A stretch of DNA of 64,000 nt from an uncultured Clostridia bacterium (lineage in GTDB: Bacteria > Acidobacteriota > Blastocatellia > Chloracidobacteriales > JADJPF01): contig CAZBMZ010000031.1 of NCBI GenBank assembly GCA_964492845.1, forward strand, positions 2,181 to 66,180, read 5' to 3'. The position numbers were made by a program, and so were the translations under genes. Shown here one piece after another: positions 47,501-55,526 of this stretch. The stretch's first letter is position 1; every line of letters starts with the position of its first letter. Under the pieces are notes generated by a model. That model ran no database searches, was not told the origin of the DNA, and saw nothing but the letters and a program-made list of their open reading frames with translations.

Positions 47501-48130
47501 TCTCACGCAATAGATGAAGTTTCGGATGTATTTGATACAACAGGAGTTTTTGCTCTTCCTCAAGATGATAATAATTTACGTGCTGAACGTGCTTCAGCTA
47601 GCTTTGATGTTCGCCATCGCTCAGTTACTTACTTTAACTATGACTTACCTAGCTTTAGCAAAAATCAATTACTTAATGGATTTCAATTAAATGGTGTGCT
47701 TACCTTACAAACAGGACAACCATTTACTGTTAACCAAGTTTTTGATACTAATCGAGATGGTAATTTAACTGATAGATTAGATTCAAATAATTTTATTGCA
47801 CAAATTGATAAAGGTATTCAAAGACTTGATGATCCAACAAATTCATTTCGTCAAGCAACTGAAATGATAGGTGTAGGTGTTAGAAATGGTGCTGCTGGAC
47901 GTAATACTTTTCGTGCTGCTGGTGTTGCTAGTTTTGACTTAGCAGTAGTAAAGAAATTTAGTATTTCTGATAGACAATCTTTTTCTATTCGTACAGAATT
48001 TTTTAATCTCTTTAACCGAACACATTTTGGTATTCCTGTAAGAATTTTTGGCGCACCATCTTTTGGACGTTCAGTTAATACTTCACTCTCAGCAAGAACT
48101 ATTCAATTTGCTGTTAAGTATCAGTTTTAG
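44534..48130 (+). CDS. TonB-dependent-receptor-like outer-membrane beta-barrel with N-terminal carboxypeptidase-regulatory-like domain
   Basis: Signal peptide present. CarboxypepD_reg segment (GTLDGTVVDENNVPVEAALVVVTNQDDGSPYATRSNAQGKYVFSFLEPGRYTI), a plug-like region, a long barrel and the C-terminal aromatic residue (..AVKYQF). Strong SD AAGGAG. Confidence 0.85.
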   Translation: MYFISKFLAKVFFAISLVIFSFINVYGQTSGTLDGTVVDENNVPVEAALVVVTNQDDGSPYATRSNAQGKYVFSFLEPGRYTIAIEKTGYQKTEKLNFIIPLNKTTVTLPPIVIRSLSAPNPNQPDPNQPTPTTNQPVASASGNDVLVELTDAANRGNYNSQLLTSLPLGGIRSFDFFALLSPGVAPSPATTGAAGPGLGPGVGTSGQFAVNGRRARSNNFTIDGSDNNDQDIGVRRQGFVSLVPQSIESVNEFQISTQVWDSEFGRNIGSQVNAVSRSGGNEFHGTAYGFLNSDSFNARNFFDLKGGASGDKDEITRSQVGFVLGGPIVKNKTHFFGSFERQDINASQENHFAVPLANERALPGLTTGIGRALGAIFPLPNNLAGPYGANNFTQILPSSANGTVFSVKLNQKIGKTVFTARYNFTDDDSIIPSVGNAINASLGTDTRTQNLSLFFNSQVSETISNQIRISYGRTTLAFPAQAGSPLLFGESAATLNLQQLTRDLQQAGNVLITDPYLKTLNAPFGNFDAFGRTGPLGQLVISPFSPIGVDPFTFPQGRTNNTFQLADTLVKTIGNHTVKLGADFRRTQLNSFLDRNFRPQVVFTSGFFVNPSLGARLIPGSDVALRAIPSQVFQALATTPDSTIGLRFNEFNFFAQDSWRVNRRLSINYGIRYEYTSVPVEVNNKIEQTFNLQLPASNPNIGRTDFGQAFQGLFEGFINDAVGSLNRFLDGRDKIFRPDGNNFSPRIGLAFDPFGKSTTSIRLGYGIYYDQIIGSVTSQSRNVFPNFIPIVFDPLFSFDPQGNVINLLGAFRENGLSGIGRIINFIQPGTLNTLGINSDVLQFGLGEILLATGASNPGFNGGPRGGGLAFVLPDANLRSPYSQHWNVSIEHQFGRDFVVAAAYVGSTGTKLIRFRTPNGGPNSFSIITPNTALPTGFQADAFAPSRKDPNLGPFTVIESSAASIYHSLQLSITKRLNNGLQFGSSYTYSHAIDEVSDVFDTTGVFALPQDDNNLRAERASASFDVRHRSVTYFNYDLPSFSKNQLLNGFQLNGVLTLQTGQPFTVNQVFDTNRDGNLTDRLDSNNFIAQIDKGIQRLDDPTNSFRQATEMIGVGVRNGAAGRNTFRAAGVASFDLAVVKKFSISDRQSFSIRTEFFNLFNRTHFGIPVRIFGAPSFGRSVNTSLSARTIQFAVKYQF

Positions 48131-48153
48131 AATACTTTAGGAGTAAATAAATT

Positions 48154-48495
48154 ATGTCAAATGAGGAACTAGAACGAGCAATAAATTTCTTGTTAGACCT
48201 AAATGCAAAATTTGAAGTTAAACAACAAATCTTGCAAGAAAACATGCAGGTTATGCAAGAAAATATGCAGGTTATGCAAGAAAATATTCAGGGGCTAACT
48301 AAAGATGTTCAGCAACTAACTAATGCTGTAGCTATTTTGGCTGTACAAGCAGACCAAGACCGAGCAGAAATGCGAGTATATCAAGCAGAAATGCGAACAG
48401 TTGTGCAACAAACAAATTCTGCAATAACAACTTTGTCTAATATAGTTGGCGGGATTCATCAAAGAGTAGCTAAATTAGAGGAAGAAATTAATTAA
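48154..48495 (+). CDS. Small coiled-coil protein with internal heptad tandem repeat
   Basis: 113 aa. SD GGAG, 23 nt after the receptor gene. QENMQVM x2.7 repeat; no signal peptide. Confidence 0.5.
   Translation: MSNEELERAINFLLDLNAKFEVKQQILQENMQVMQENMQVMQENIQGLTKDVQQLTNAVAILAVQADQDRAEMRVYQAEMRTVVQQTNSAITTLSNIVGGIHQRVAKLEEEIN
48235..48290 (+). repeat. 21-nt in-frame tandem repeat, ~2.7 copies (CAAGAAAAYATGCAGGTTATG)
   Basis: Units at 48235..48255, 48256..48276 (one C/T difference) and a partial unit at 48277..48290. Confidence 0.9.
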
Positions 48496-48514
48496 ACTCA
48501 AGGGATAAATTTTT

Positions 48515-49516
48515 ATGAAAGTGCTAGAGCGTTTACGTAGTCGTGCTACTGCTAGTCCTCAACATATTGTACTTGCTGAAGGGGAAGATCCACGCACAAT
48601 TGCAGCAGCAGAAGAAATTATTAAAAGTAAAATGGCGCAAGTTACTTTACTTGGAGATGAGGATAAAATTGCAAAAGCAGCTAAAGAACAAAATATTTCT
48701 CTTAGCAATATTCCAATAATTAATCCTCGTCGCTCATCGGATTTTACTAAGTATGTTCAATATTTTTATGAGCTACGTAAAGCCAAGGGAATTTCCTGGG
48801 AAGAGGCAGAAAAAGCCATACAAGATCCACTTTATTTTGGCAATATGATGGTTAGAGAAAATAAAGCGGATGGTTCTGTTGCTGGTGCTACTAATACTAC
48901 TGCACATACAGTTAGAGCAGCACTTCAAGTAATAGGACTAAAGAAAAGTTTTCGTATTGTCTCTAGTTTTTTTATTATGGTAGTTCCTAATTGTCCTTAT
49001 GGAGCAGATGGAAATTTTATTTATGCTGATTGTGGGGTGGTAATTAACCCTAATGCAATGGAGTTAGCAGAAATTGCTATTGCTTCAGCAGAAAACACCC
49101 GTGCTTTATTAGAAGTAGAACCTAAAGTTGCACTACTTAGTTTTTCCACTAAGGGCAGTGCTTCACATCAGCTAGTTGATAAAGTTGTAGAAGCTTTACG
49201 TACTATTCGCGCTCGCGCACCAGAATTAAAAGTTGATGGTGAACTCCAAGCCGACGCAGCACTTGTTCCTAAAGTAGGCGCAAGCAAAGCACCTGGTAGC
49301 AGTGTTGCAGGAGAAGCTAACACCTTAATTTTCCCAGATTTACAGTCAGGAAATATTGGTTATAAATTAACAGAACGCCTAGCAGGTGCAACGGCCATCG
49401 GGCCAATACTTCAAGGTCTTGATAAACCAGCTAATGACTTGTCCCGTGGTTGTAAGGCAGAAGATATTGTTGATGCTGTTGCAATTACAGCAGTTCAAGC
49501 TCAAGCGGGAAAATAA
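48515..49516 (+). CDS. pta: Phosphate acetyltransferase (short PTA_PTB form)
   Basis: 333 aa. [50 protein letters not shown] and GPILQGL...NDLSRG are typical Pta blocks. Confidence 0.85.
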   Translation: MKVLERLRSRATASPQHIVLAEGEDPRTIAAAEEIIKSKMAQVTLLGDEDKIAKAAKEQNISLSNIPIINPRRSSDFTKYVQYFYELRKAKGISWEEAEKAIQDPLYFGNMMVRENKADGSVAGATNTTAHTVRAALQVIGLKKSFRIVSSFFIMVVPNCPYGADGNFIYADCGVVINPNAMELAEIAIASAENTRALLEVEPKVALLSFSTKGSASHQLVDKVVEALRTIRARAPELKVDGELQADAALVPKVGASKAPGSSVAGEANTLIFPDLQSGNIGYKLTERLAGATAIGPILQGLDKPANDLSRGCKAEDIVDAVAITAVQAQAGK

Positions 49517-49556
49517 AATTTTGCATCCGATAATTTATTAATAATGTGTTTAATTA

Positions 49557-49595
49557 AGCCTAGGGATAAAACATTAATCTCTAGGCTTTAATTTT
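49557..49595 (+). terminator. Terminator hairpin between pta and the convergent three-gene operon
   Basis: AGCCTAGGGA-11nt-TCTCTAGGCT (one G-U) followed by TTAATTTTT. Confidence 0.6.
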
Positions 49596-49596
49596 T

Positions 49597-50106
49597 CTAA
49601 AATTCTTCTATAGTTACTGAGTAGTTCTCAAAATTAGCGTCTTCAACTCCATAATCAAAAAGCAAAAAATCCATTCCTGCCGTTTCGCTTTTTAGTAGTT
49701 CAGCAATAAATTTTTTAGCAGTTTCAGCATTCATTTTATGAATAACTTTGCGTTGGCGAACATCTCGACTTTTGCGCCAAGTTCCTTGAATACTTATTGT
49801 TAAACTGCCTATTTGTTGGATGCGGCGACTTTTAGTTTTTGGATTTTTTTGCATAGCAGCTAGGATTTGTTCTTTAGATTTTGGAGAAGGTTTTCTAACA
49901 CCTCTTTTGTAAAAATTTACTTTACGCATTGCAGCCTTATAAGCCTTGCTTTTTTTGTCAGATGTTCCTGCCATAGCTATTGCTAAAGCAGGAGTGCTAC
50001 CAAAATCATAAAGCACTTCAAAAAAACTATCTTCTTGATACTGCATTTTACTAGCTAAAATTTGTTCAGCTATTTCTGTTAAATTAGTACCACTATATGA
50101 AGACAT
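49597..50106 (-). CDS. Small basic protein, uncharacterised; possibly Tpg-like (terminal-protein-like)
   Basis: 169 aa. Central K/R-rich region (KKSKAYKAAMRKVNFYKRGVRKPSPKSKEQILAAMQKNPKTKSRRIQQ) and acidic/aromatic C-terminus (DFLLFDYGVEDANFENYSVTIEEF). Last gene of the kinase operon. The Tpg resemblance is from memory only. Confidence 0.35.
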   Translation of the reverse strand: MSSYSGTNLTEIAEQILASKMQYQEDSFFEVLYDFGSTPALAIAMAGTSDKKSKAYKAAMRKVNFYKRGVRKPSPKSKEQILAAMQKNPKTKSRRIQQIGSLTISIQGTWRKSRDVRQRKVIHKMNAETAKKFIAELLKSETAGMDFLLFDYGVEDANFENYSVTIEEF

Positions 50107-50171
50107 AGAAATTTTATAACTCCTATAGTTTTAAGAAAATAAACCTTGATATTAAAACATAGAAAAGCAAA

Positions 50172-51533
50172 TTAATTATTTTGTTTTAGCTGATCCATTG
50201 CTCTAATAAAATCTCTAATTGGAAGGTCAAAAAGATGTGCTACTTTTTTTAATGGATATTTAGCTTCTAGTTTATATTTATCTCCAAGGGGAATTTCCTG
50301 ATTGCTAGCAAAATAAAGCGCGTCAGTTCGTGCTGCTAGAGGATGAAAGCCTTGTTTTAAGAGTTTATCAATGTTGTAAAACATCCTTGCTCGTGCTGTA
50401 GCAATAATTGACCAACGCCAATCAGGTCGAAAACTCCATTTACGTTTGCTGTAAATATTGGCATCAAATAAGCCTATGGTAGAACGAAAAACGCTTTTTA
50501 CTCCTAAAATAGCTTTTTGACGAGCAGTTTCATTCTTAAATTTATTTTCAGGATTATTTTTAAGTTCAGTCAAGGCAGATGTTAGTAATTTATAAAATGG
50601 TTCAAGTATTTTAGCTTTTTGCTTAAATATTTCTGCTTCATAAATAGTTACTTGATAGCCTAAATCTAAAGCTAGTTGTACTAAAGCAGTATCAAACCAA
50701 CCTTCAGAAAGATAAGGTTCCCGGCTGTTTCCTAGAGGATGAGGAAGGTTTTGCCCATTCCAATGACTTTCTCCACTTAAAGAGATTTTCCAAAGTCCAA
50801 CAATTGTTTTATCAAAACTTGGATTAATTAGCCGTTCAGGTTCACCAACACCAAAAAAAATATTACTAGCAGATAGATATTGTTGGTTTTTATCATAAAC
50901 ATAAATATATTTGTATTTATATTCTTTTTTAGTTAATGGACGCACCCAGGCTAAGTCAAAAGGCTTATTTTCATGCCAAATAGCTAAATCGCTTTTTAAG
51001 TCTTTAATATATTTTTTTCTAATATCATTAGTAGAATTTAATCGCTCAATTAAATTAATCCCTGTTGTGTTAGGCTTACTTTTTAGTTCTATGTCTAACA
51101 ATTGTTCTAAATAACTTATAGATCCATAAAGAGTTGAAGCTTGAGTAATATCTGAGAAATACCAATCTATTAATCGATTTGGTAAGTTAATGTAAGTTGA
51201 GTTGCGGTCTGACTCCCAAAAATATTTTAGGGAAATTTGATAAATCATATCACCTGGTTTAGTTGCATGGTCTAGTTTCCATTCTTCGCCTAAATTATTT
51301 ATAAATGGGTGTTTAGTAAAATCAGGTGTAAAAAGTAGAGGGTTATCTGTTAGTTTTTTAGAAATGGAACAAGTAGGGACTAACCAAATATGTTTTCTCT
51401 CATATTGCCTAGCTAATTCTGCTATATCACTGGCATTAAGCAACAAATTTATATCAATAGGGATTTGATACCATTTGCCTTTACTGGCAAAACAAAAAAA
51501 ATCTTCTGTTAAAACAGAATGAAGACCAATCAT
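50172..51533 (-). CDS. Uncharacterised 453-aa protein with family-B-polymerase-like motif order (candidate Tap-like protein-priming polymerase)
   Basis: Segments YIYVYD214KNQQYLSAS, K346SVFRSTIGLF and LAARTD404ALYF, spaced 132 and 58 aa apart. They can be laid over phi29-type motifs A (DxNSLYP), B (KxxxNSxYG) and C (DTD) as I remember them. Starts 15 nt after the kinase stop. No named family recognised with certainty. Confidence 0.3.
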   Translation of the reverse strand: MIGLHSVLTEDFFCFASKGKWYQIPIDINLLLNASDIAELARQYERKHIWLVPTCSISKKLTDNPLLFTPDFTKHPFINNLGEEWKLDHATKPGDMIYQISLKYFWESDRNSTYINLPNRLIDWYFSDITQASTLYGSISYLEQLLDIELKSKPNTTGINLIERLNSTNDIRKKYIKDLKSDLAIWHENKPFDLAWVRPLTKKEYKYKYIYVYDKNQQYLSASNIFFGVGEPERLINPSFDKTIVGLWKISLSGESHWNGQNLPHPLGNSREPYLSEGWFDTALVQLALDLGYQVTIYEAEIFKQKAKILEPFYKLLTSALTELKNNPENKFKNETARQKAILGVKSVFRSTIGLFDANIYSKRKWSFRPDWRWSIIATARARMFYNIDKLLKQGFHPLAARTDALYFASNQEIPLGDKYKLEAKYPLKKVAHLFDLPIRDFIRAMDQLKQNN

Positions 51534-51548
51534 ATAATTTTACTTAGA

Positions 51549-53768
51549 TCACCATACTATAACGGCTCCACTAGAAGAGCTAGCAGCCATAGTACGAAAG
51601 GCTTCTGCTGTTGAGCCTAGTTGATCATAGCTATTTTCTAGTTCTGCTGAAAGTTTATCAATCATATCAGAAGCCTTATGTGCTGCAATGAGTTCAAAGG
51701 ATAGCAAAGCACTTCCTAATTGAATAATATCTTGATTTTTAAGTAAAACTCCTTGTCCATAAGGGGTTAAAGGTATTTGTGTACGAGTATTATTTTCTCG
51801 TCTGTTAATTTTAGTTCCATTGGTGCTTCCAGTGTCACAAAGATAAAAATCACCATTAGTAAATTCTATTTTCGCATGTTTACGTGATATAGTTGTATTA
51901 GGGGATGTTGGGTGGTTAGGTTGTAAAAATGAAATATCATTACGTCGTAAAAGTTGGCTAGTTTGTAAATCAACAACATTACGAAAACGCCCTAGGTAAG
52001 TAGTTGGCTTAATAACTAAATGGTAATTTGTGTAAGTAGTTCCATTAATTGGTTGAAGCAGTGCTAGAGTAGAAATTTGCACTGCTGGAAGATGTGTTTT
52101 TACTATTTTATGTGAATCTACTTGAATAATTTTTTCTAGTCCATTGCTAATATCGCTACCTGTCGGCCAGACTAACTCTAAAGTACAACCTTCAAAACCA
52201 CTAGCTTGAGGATGGACAATTTCAAGCTCTAATTTAATAGCACTAAAAAATCTATAGCCTGCTTCACGGACATATTTATAAATGTTGCTAATAAAGGCTA
52301 TAGAGTTAAAAATAGATTCCATTTCTTGAAATTTTTTTGTAGAAGTATGTGGTACATAGATTTTTATTAAATTAGGAGCAAGCCAAACTCCATCTTTGAA
52401 GACAGCTTTAGTTTCTAGTTCTTTTCCTAGTTGAGAAATTATTTTATTAGGATTTAAGTCAGAACTAGATAAAAATTGGCTAATTCTTAAGGCTTCTATT
52501 AATACTTTAGCCATTGATGCTAATTTGGGATTTTTTTCTGCAACGGCACTAGGTGGAAAATTACTTATATCAATACTTTTTTCAGCTACTGCACCAAGCT
52601 CAGAGGCTTTTGGCATAATGTTGTTATTTGTAGAATAAGAAAAACTACTAGAGACATTATCAGGTATAGGAAGACTAAATTGAGGTGCCCTTGGCATCAA
52701 CATTGGACTAGCACTTGGTTTAGGGCTAACAGAAGGTGCGCTATCATAATCAGAATAATCAAACTCTTCTAATTGAGGTGTTGAGCCTGTTATAGTTGGT
52801 AGGATTGCTGATAAAGATTCCATTTGACCTGTTCTAGGTTTATCAATAATCATTTTTATTAAGGTAATCATTGATAAAACTGAGGAAAACCGGTCTTCAG
52901 GAGATTTGGATAAAGCCCTTAATACTAGGGATTCAACGGCTTCTGGAATATCCCTTCTAAACATTCTTAGTGGTGTAGGTGTTTGATTAATATGTTGATT
53001 CATCAACTCTTGTGCAGAAGTAGCAAAAAAAGGTACTCTACCAGTTAGTAATTGATAAAAGATTACTCCTAGAGAATAAATTTCGCTAAGTTTAGTCGCT
53101 TCTAAACCATCGCATTCTTCAGGAGAAAGATAAAAAGGAAGAGAAAATAGATTTTGTGTTCTTGAACCAGGAAGGAAATTATATAGTTCCTGATTTTTAA
53201 TTTTGGCAAAACCAAAGTCTAAGACTTTAATACGTTCTTTCCCATTTTGATCATAAACAATAAAAATATTATTTGTTTTTAAGTCATGGTGTAATTTATT
53301 ATTTTTGTGCATTACTGCTACTGCTGCACAGATTTGATACATTAAGTTATAAGCTGTTTCTAAAGATAAATTAGGCTCTTGTTCAATTAATGTACTTAAT
53401 AAACACCCTTCTAAATATTCCATTACTACATAAAGAGTGTTATTGGTGAAGCCATAATCTAGTATTTGGACAATATTAGTGTTTTGTGCTTTAGCCATAG
53501 CTTGAGCTTCAGTCAAAATTACATTAACTATTTCTGTGTCGGCTTGTAAAAACTCTGGGTGGAAAACTTTAATTGCTAAAGGGGTATTTTGACCAATTTT
53601 AGCTCCTTTATAAACAATTGCTAAAGAACCAGAGCCAATTCTTTGATCTAATCGATAAGAGTTGATAATTGGAAATATTGGAAGTGTGATTCTGAGAGGA
53701 CTATAATCACGGTCACATTTTTCCACATGATCACCAAAGACTCGTTTGCAAACAACACATTCTTTCAT
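51549..53768 (-). CDS. Hanks-type Ser/Thr protein kinase fused to an FhaA-like module (DUF3662-like segment + FHA domain)
   Basis: N-terminal CVVCKRVF...C zinc-ribbon-like start. Kinase motifs IGSGSLAIVYKG, AIKV, HHDLKTNN (non-RD), DFGFA, SPEE. Mid region GVWLAPNLIKIYVP...YVREAGYRF...LELVW resembles the FhaA N-terminal domain. FHA: ISRKHAKIEFTNGDFYLCDTGSTNGTKIN. SD GGAG favours the start at 53768 rather than 53792. Confidence 0.85.
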   Translation of the reverse strand: MKECVVCKRVFGDHVEKCDRDYSPLRITLPIFPIINSYRLDQRIGSGSLAIVYKGAKIGQNTPLAIKVFHPEFLQADTEIVNVILTEAQAMAKAQNTNIVQILDYGFTNNTLYVVMEYLEGCLLSTLIEQEPNLSLETAYNLMYQICAAVAVMHKNNKLHHDLKTNNIFIVYDQNGKERIKVLDFGFAKIKNQELYNFLPGSRTQNLFSLPFYLSPEECDGLEATKLSEIYSLGVIFYQLLTGRVPFFATSAQELMNQHINQTPTPLRMFRRDIPEAVESLVLRALSKSPEDRFSSVLSMITLIKMIIDKPRTGQMESLSAILPTITGSTPQLEEFDYSDYDSAPSVSPKPSASPMLMPRAPQFSLPIPDNVSSSFSYSTNNNIMPKASELGAVAEKSIDISNFPPSAVAEKNPKLASMAKVLIEALRISQFLSSSDLNPNKIISQLGKELETKAVFKDGVWLAPNLIKIYVPHTSTKKFQEMESIFNSIAFISNIYKYVREAGYRFFSAIKLELEIVHPQASGFEGCTLELVWPTGSDISNGLEKIIQVDSHKIVKTHLPAVQISTLALLQPINGTTYTNYHLVIKPTTYLGRFRNVVDLQTSQLLRRNDISFLQPNHPTSPNTTISRKHAKIEFTNGDFYLCDTGSTNGTKINRRENNTRTQIPLTPYGQGVLLKNQDIIQLGSALLSFELIAAHKASDMIDKLSAELENSYDQLGSTAEAFRTMAASSSSGAVIVW

Positions 53769-53919
53769 AAGCAACTCCAAAGATACCAACAATTACTTAA
53801 GGGCAGGTTTGTTTTTTGTTATCTTTATGTTATGACTAAAATATCCTCATCATAGCATGAGAGTTTTAGATAGCCAAAAATTTTCATTTGATTTTAATAA
53901 TTTAAAAATAAAAATTTTT

Positions 53920-55395
53920 ATGACCATAATTAAGCCAAAAAAAAATTTGCTAATTTGTAGTATTGATCTAGGTACTTCCTCAGTTAGGGTATTAGGTTAT
54001 AACAAAAAAGGGGAAGCTATTAAAGGTTTGACAGTACAACAAACCTACCAAATGAATACAGCATTAGATGGCAAAGTAGAAATAGCAGCAAAAACTTTGT
54101 TTTCTTTAATTGCTACTTGTTTAGACTCTTTTTTAGAAAAAGTAAGCAAAGAAAATTATTTAATCATGGCTGTTTCAATTTCTACTTTTTGGCATAGTCT
54201 TATGGGAATGGATTCAGCCGCTAAAGCCATTACACCATTAATTAGCTGGAATGATACTCGTAGCTATTTAGCTGCAAAGAGTTTACGAGCTAGCCTAAAT
54301 GAAATAGAAATACATCAAAAAACAGGCTGTAGATTGCACTCTAGCTACTGGCCTGCAAAAATTACTTGGCTATCAAAAAGAGAGGAATTTTCAAAAATAA
54401 AATATTGGCTGTCTTTTGCAGATTATCTTTTTTTAGAGCTATTTGGTGAGCTAACTACAAGTGTTTCTCTAGCATCTGGAACAGGACTACTTGATCATAA
54501 TAATTGTGGTTGGGATAAAGAATTAATCAAAAGCCTACCTTTAGAGTTTTCACAACTACCTAGAATTAGTGAAGAACCGCTTAAAGTTTTACGACCAAAA
54601 TTTGCACAACGTTGGCCGCAGCTTGCTAAAATACCTTGGTTTTTAGCTATTGGAGATGGGGCTTGTAGTAATATTGGTAGCAATTGTTTTGATAGTACAA
54701 AGTTTGCCTTAATGATTGGCACTTCAGGAGCAATTAGAGCAGTTTGCAAAAAGAACTTTTTAATCCCTAGTGGGCTTTGGTCTTATCGTATAGACTCACG
54801 TCGTAGCATAATCGGTGGTGCAATTTCTAATGCTGGAAATCTTTTTGCTTGGTTAAAAAACACCTTAAACTTAAACTTAAGTGATAAAGCATTAGAAATA
54901 GCCTTAAGCAAAATAAAAGCTGATAGTCATGGATTAACTCTACTTCCGTTTTTTAGTGGAGAACGAAGTCTGGGTTGGAACGATAATGCTAAAGGGGCAA
55001 TAGTTGGTCTGCAACTAGCTACTAAACCTATAGAAATTCTTAGAGCAGCTTTAGAAGCCGTTGCTTATCAATTTTTCTTGATTTATCAAGAATTAATAAA
55101 AATTTTGGATAAACCTAAAATAATTGTTGCTACAGGTGGTGGCTTATATAATTCAAAAGTTTGGGGAAAAATTATTGCTGATGTAATAGGAGCAAACTTA
55201 GGTGTTATATCTGAAGCAGAAGCTAGTAGTCGGGGTGCTGCTCTTTTAGCCTTAGAATCATTAAATATCTTAAAGCTTGATGGAAGTGATAATTTTAAGG
55301 AAGTATATAAGACAAATTCTGATAATAATCTTATTTACCAACAAGCAGTTAGCCGATATAAAAATTTTTATCAAAAACTAGTGTTAGAAAATTAA
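53920..55395 (+). CDS. FGGY-family carbohydrate kinase (gluconokinase/xylulokinase-like)
   Basis: CSIDLGTSSVRVLGY (N-terminal ATPase motif), GDGACSNIG, GGISNAGN, ATGGG. I prefer the start at 53920 (MTIIKPKK) over 53857. Confidence 0.8.
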   Translation: MTIIKPKKNLLICSIDLGTSSVRVLGYNKKGEAIKGLTVQQTYQMNTALDGKVEIAAKTLFSLIATCLDSFLEKVSKENYLIMAVSISTFWHSLMGMDSAAKAITPLISWNDTRSYLAAKSLRASLNEIEIHQKTGCRLHSSYWPAKITWLSKREEFSKIKYWLSFADYLFLELFGELTTSVSLASGTGLLDHNNCGWDKELIKSLPLEFSQLPRISEEPLKVLRPKFAQRWPQLAKIPWFLAIGDGACSNIGSNCFDSTKFALMIGTSGAIRAVCKKNFLIPSGLWSYRIDSRRSIIGGAISNAGNLFAWLKNTLNLNLSDKALEIALSKIKADSHGLTLLPFFSGERSLGWNDNAKGAIVGLQLATKPIEILRAALEAVAYQFFLIYQELIKILDKPKIIVATGGGLYNSKVWGKIIADVIGANLGVISEAEASSRGAALLALESLNILKLDGSDNFKEVYKTNSDNNLIYQQAVSRYKNFYQKLVLEN

Positions 55396-55526
55396 TTTTT
55401 TATTTTATAACTGAAAAGCTGGCTATAAAATAAACAAAAATATTTAGTAAGAAATTATAAAAAAACTTATCTTAAAACAAAAAATCTTTCTATAATTGAT
55501 TAAAACAAAAAAAGTTTATTAATCAG

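Noticed and set aside
48235-48290. CRISPR-like reading of the short tandem repeats (also 16567..16614)
   Set aside because: The units are contiguous with no spacers, in frame, and inside coding genes. No cas genes are present, and no CRISPR array was seen anywhere in the window.
50900-51100. Exonuclease ExoI/ExoII-like motifs (LLDIEL; HENKPFDLAW resembling N-x-x-F-D) in the N-terminal half of the 453-aa protein
   Set aside because: It was tempting, but only about 20 residues separate the ExoII-like segment from the putative motif A. That leaves no room for ExoIII or the rest of an exonuclease domain, so I treated it as a chance match.
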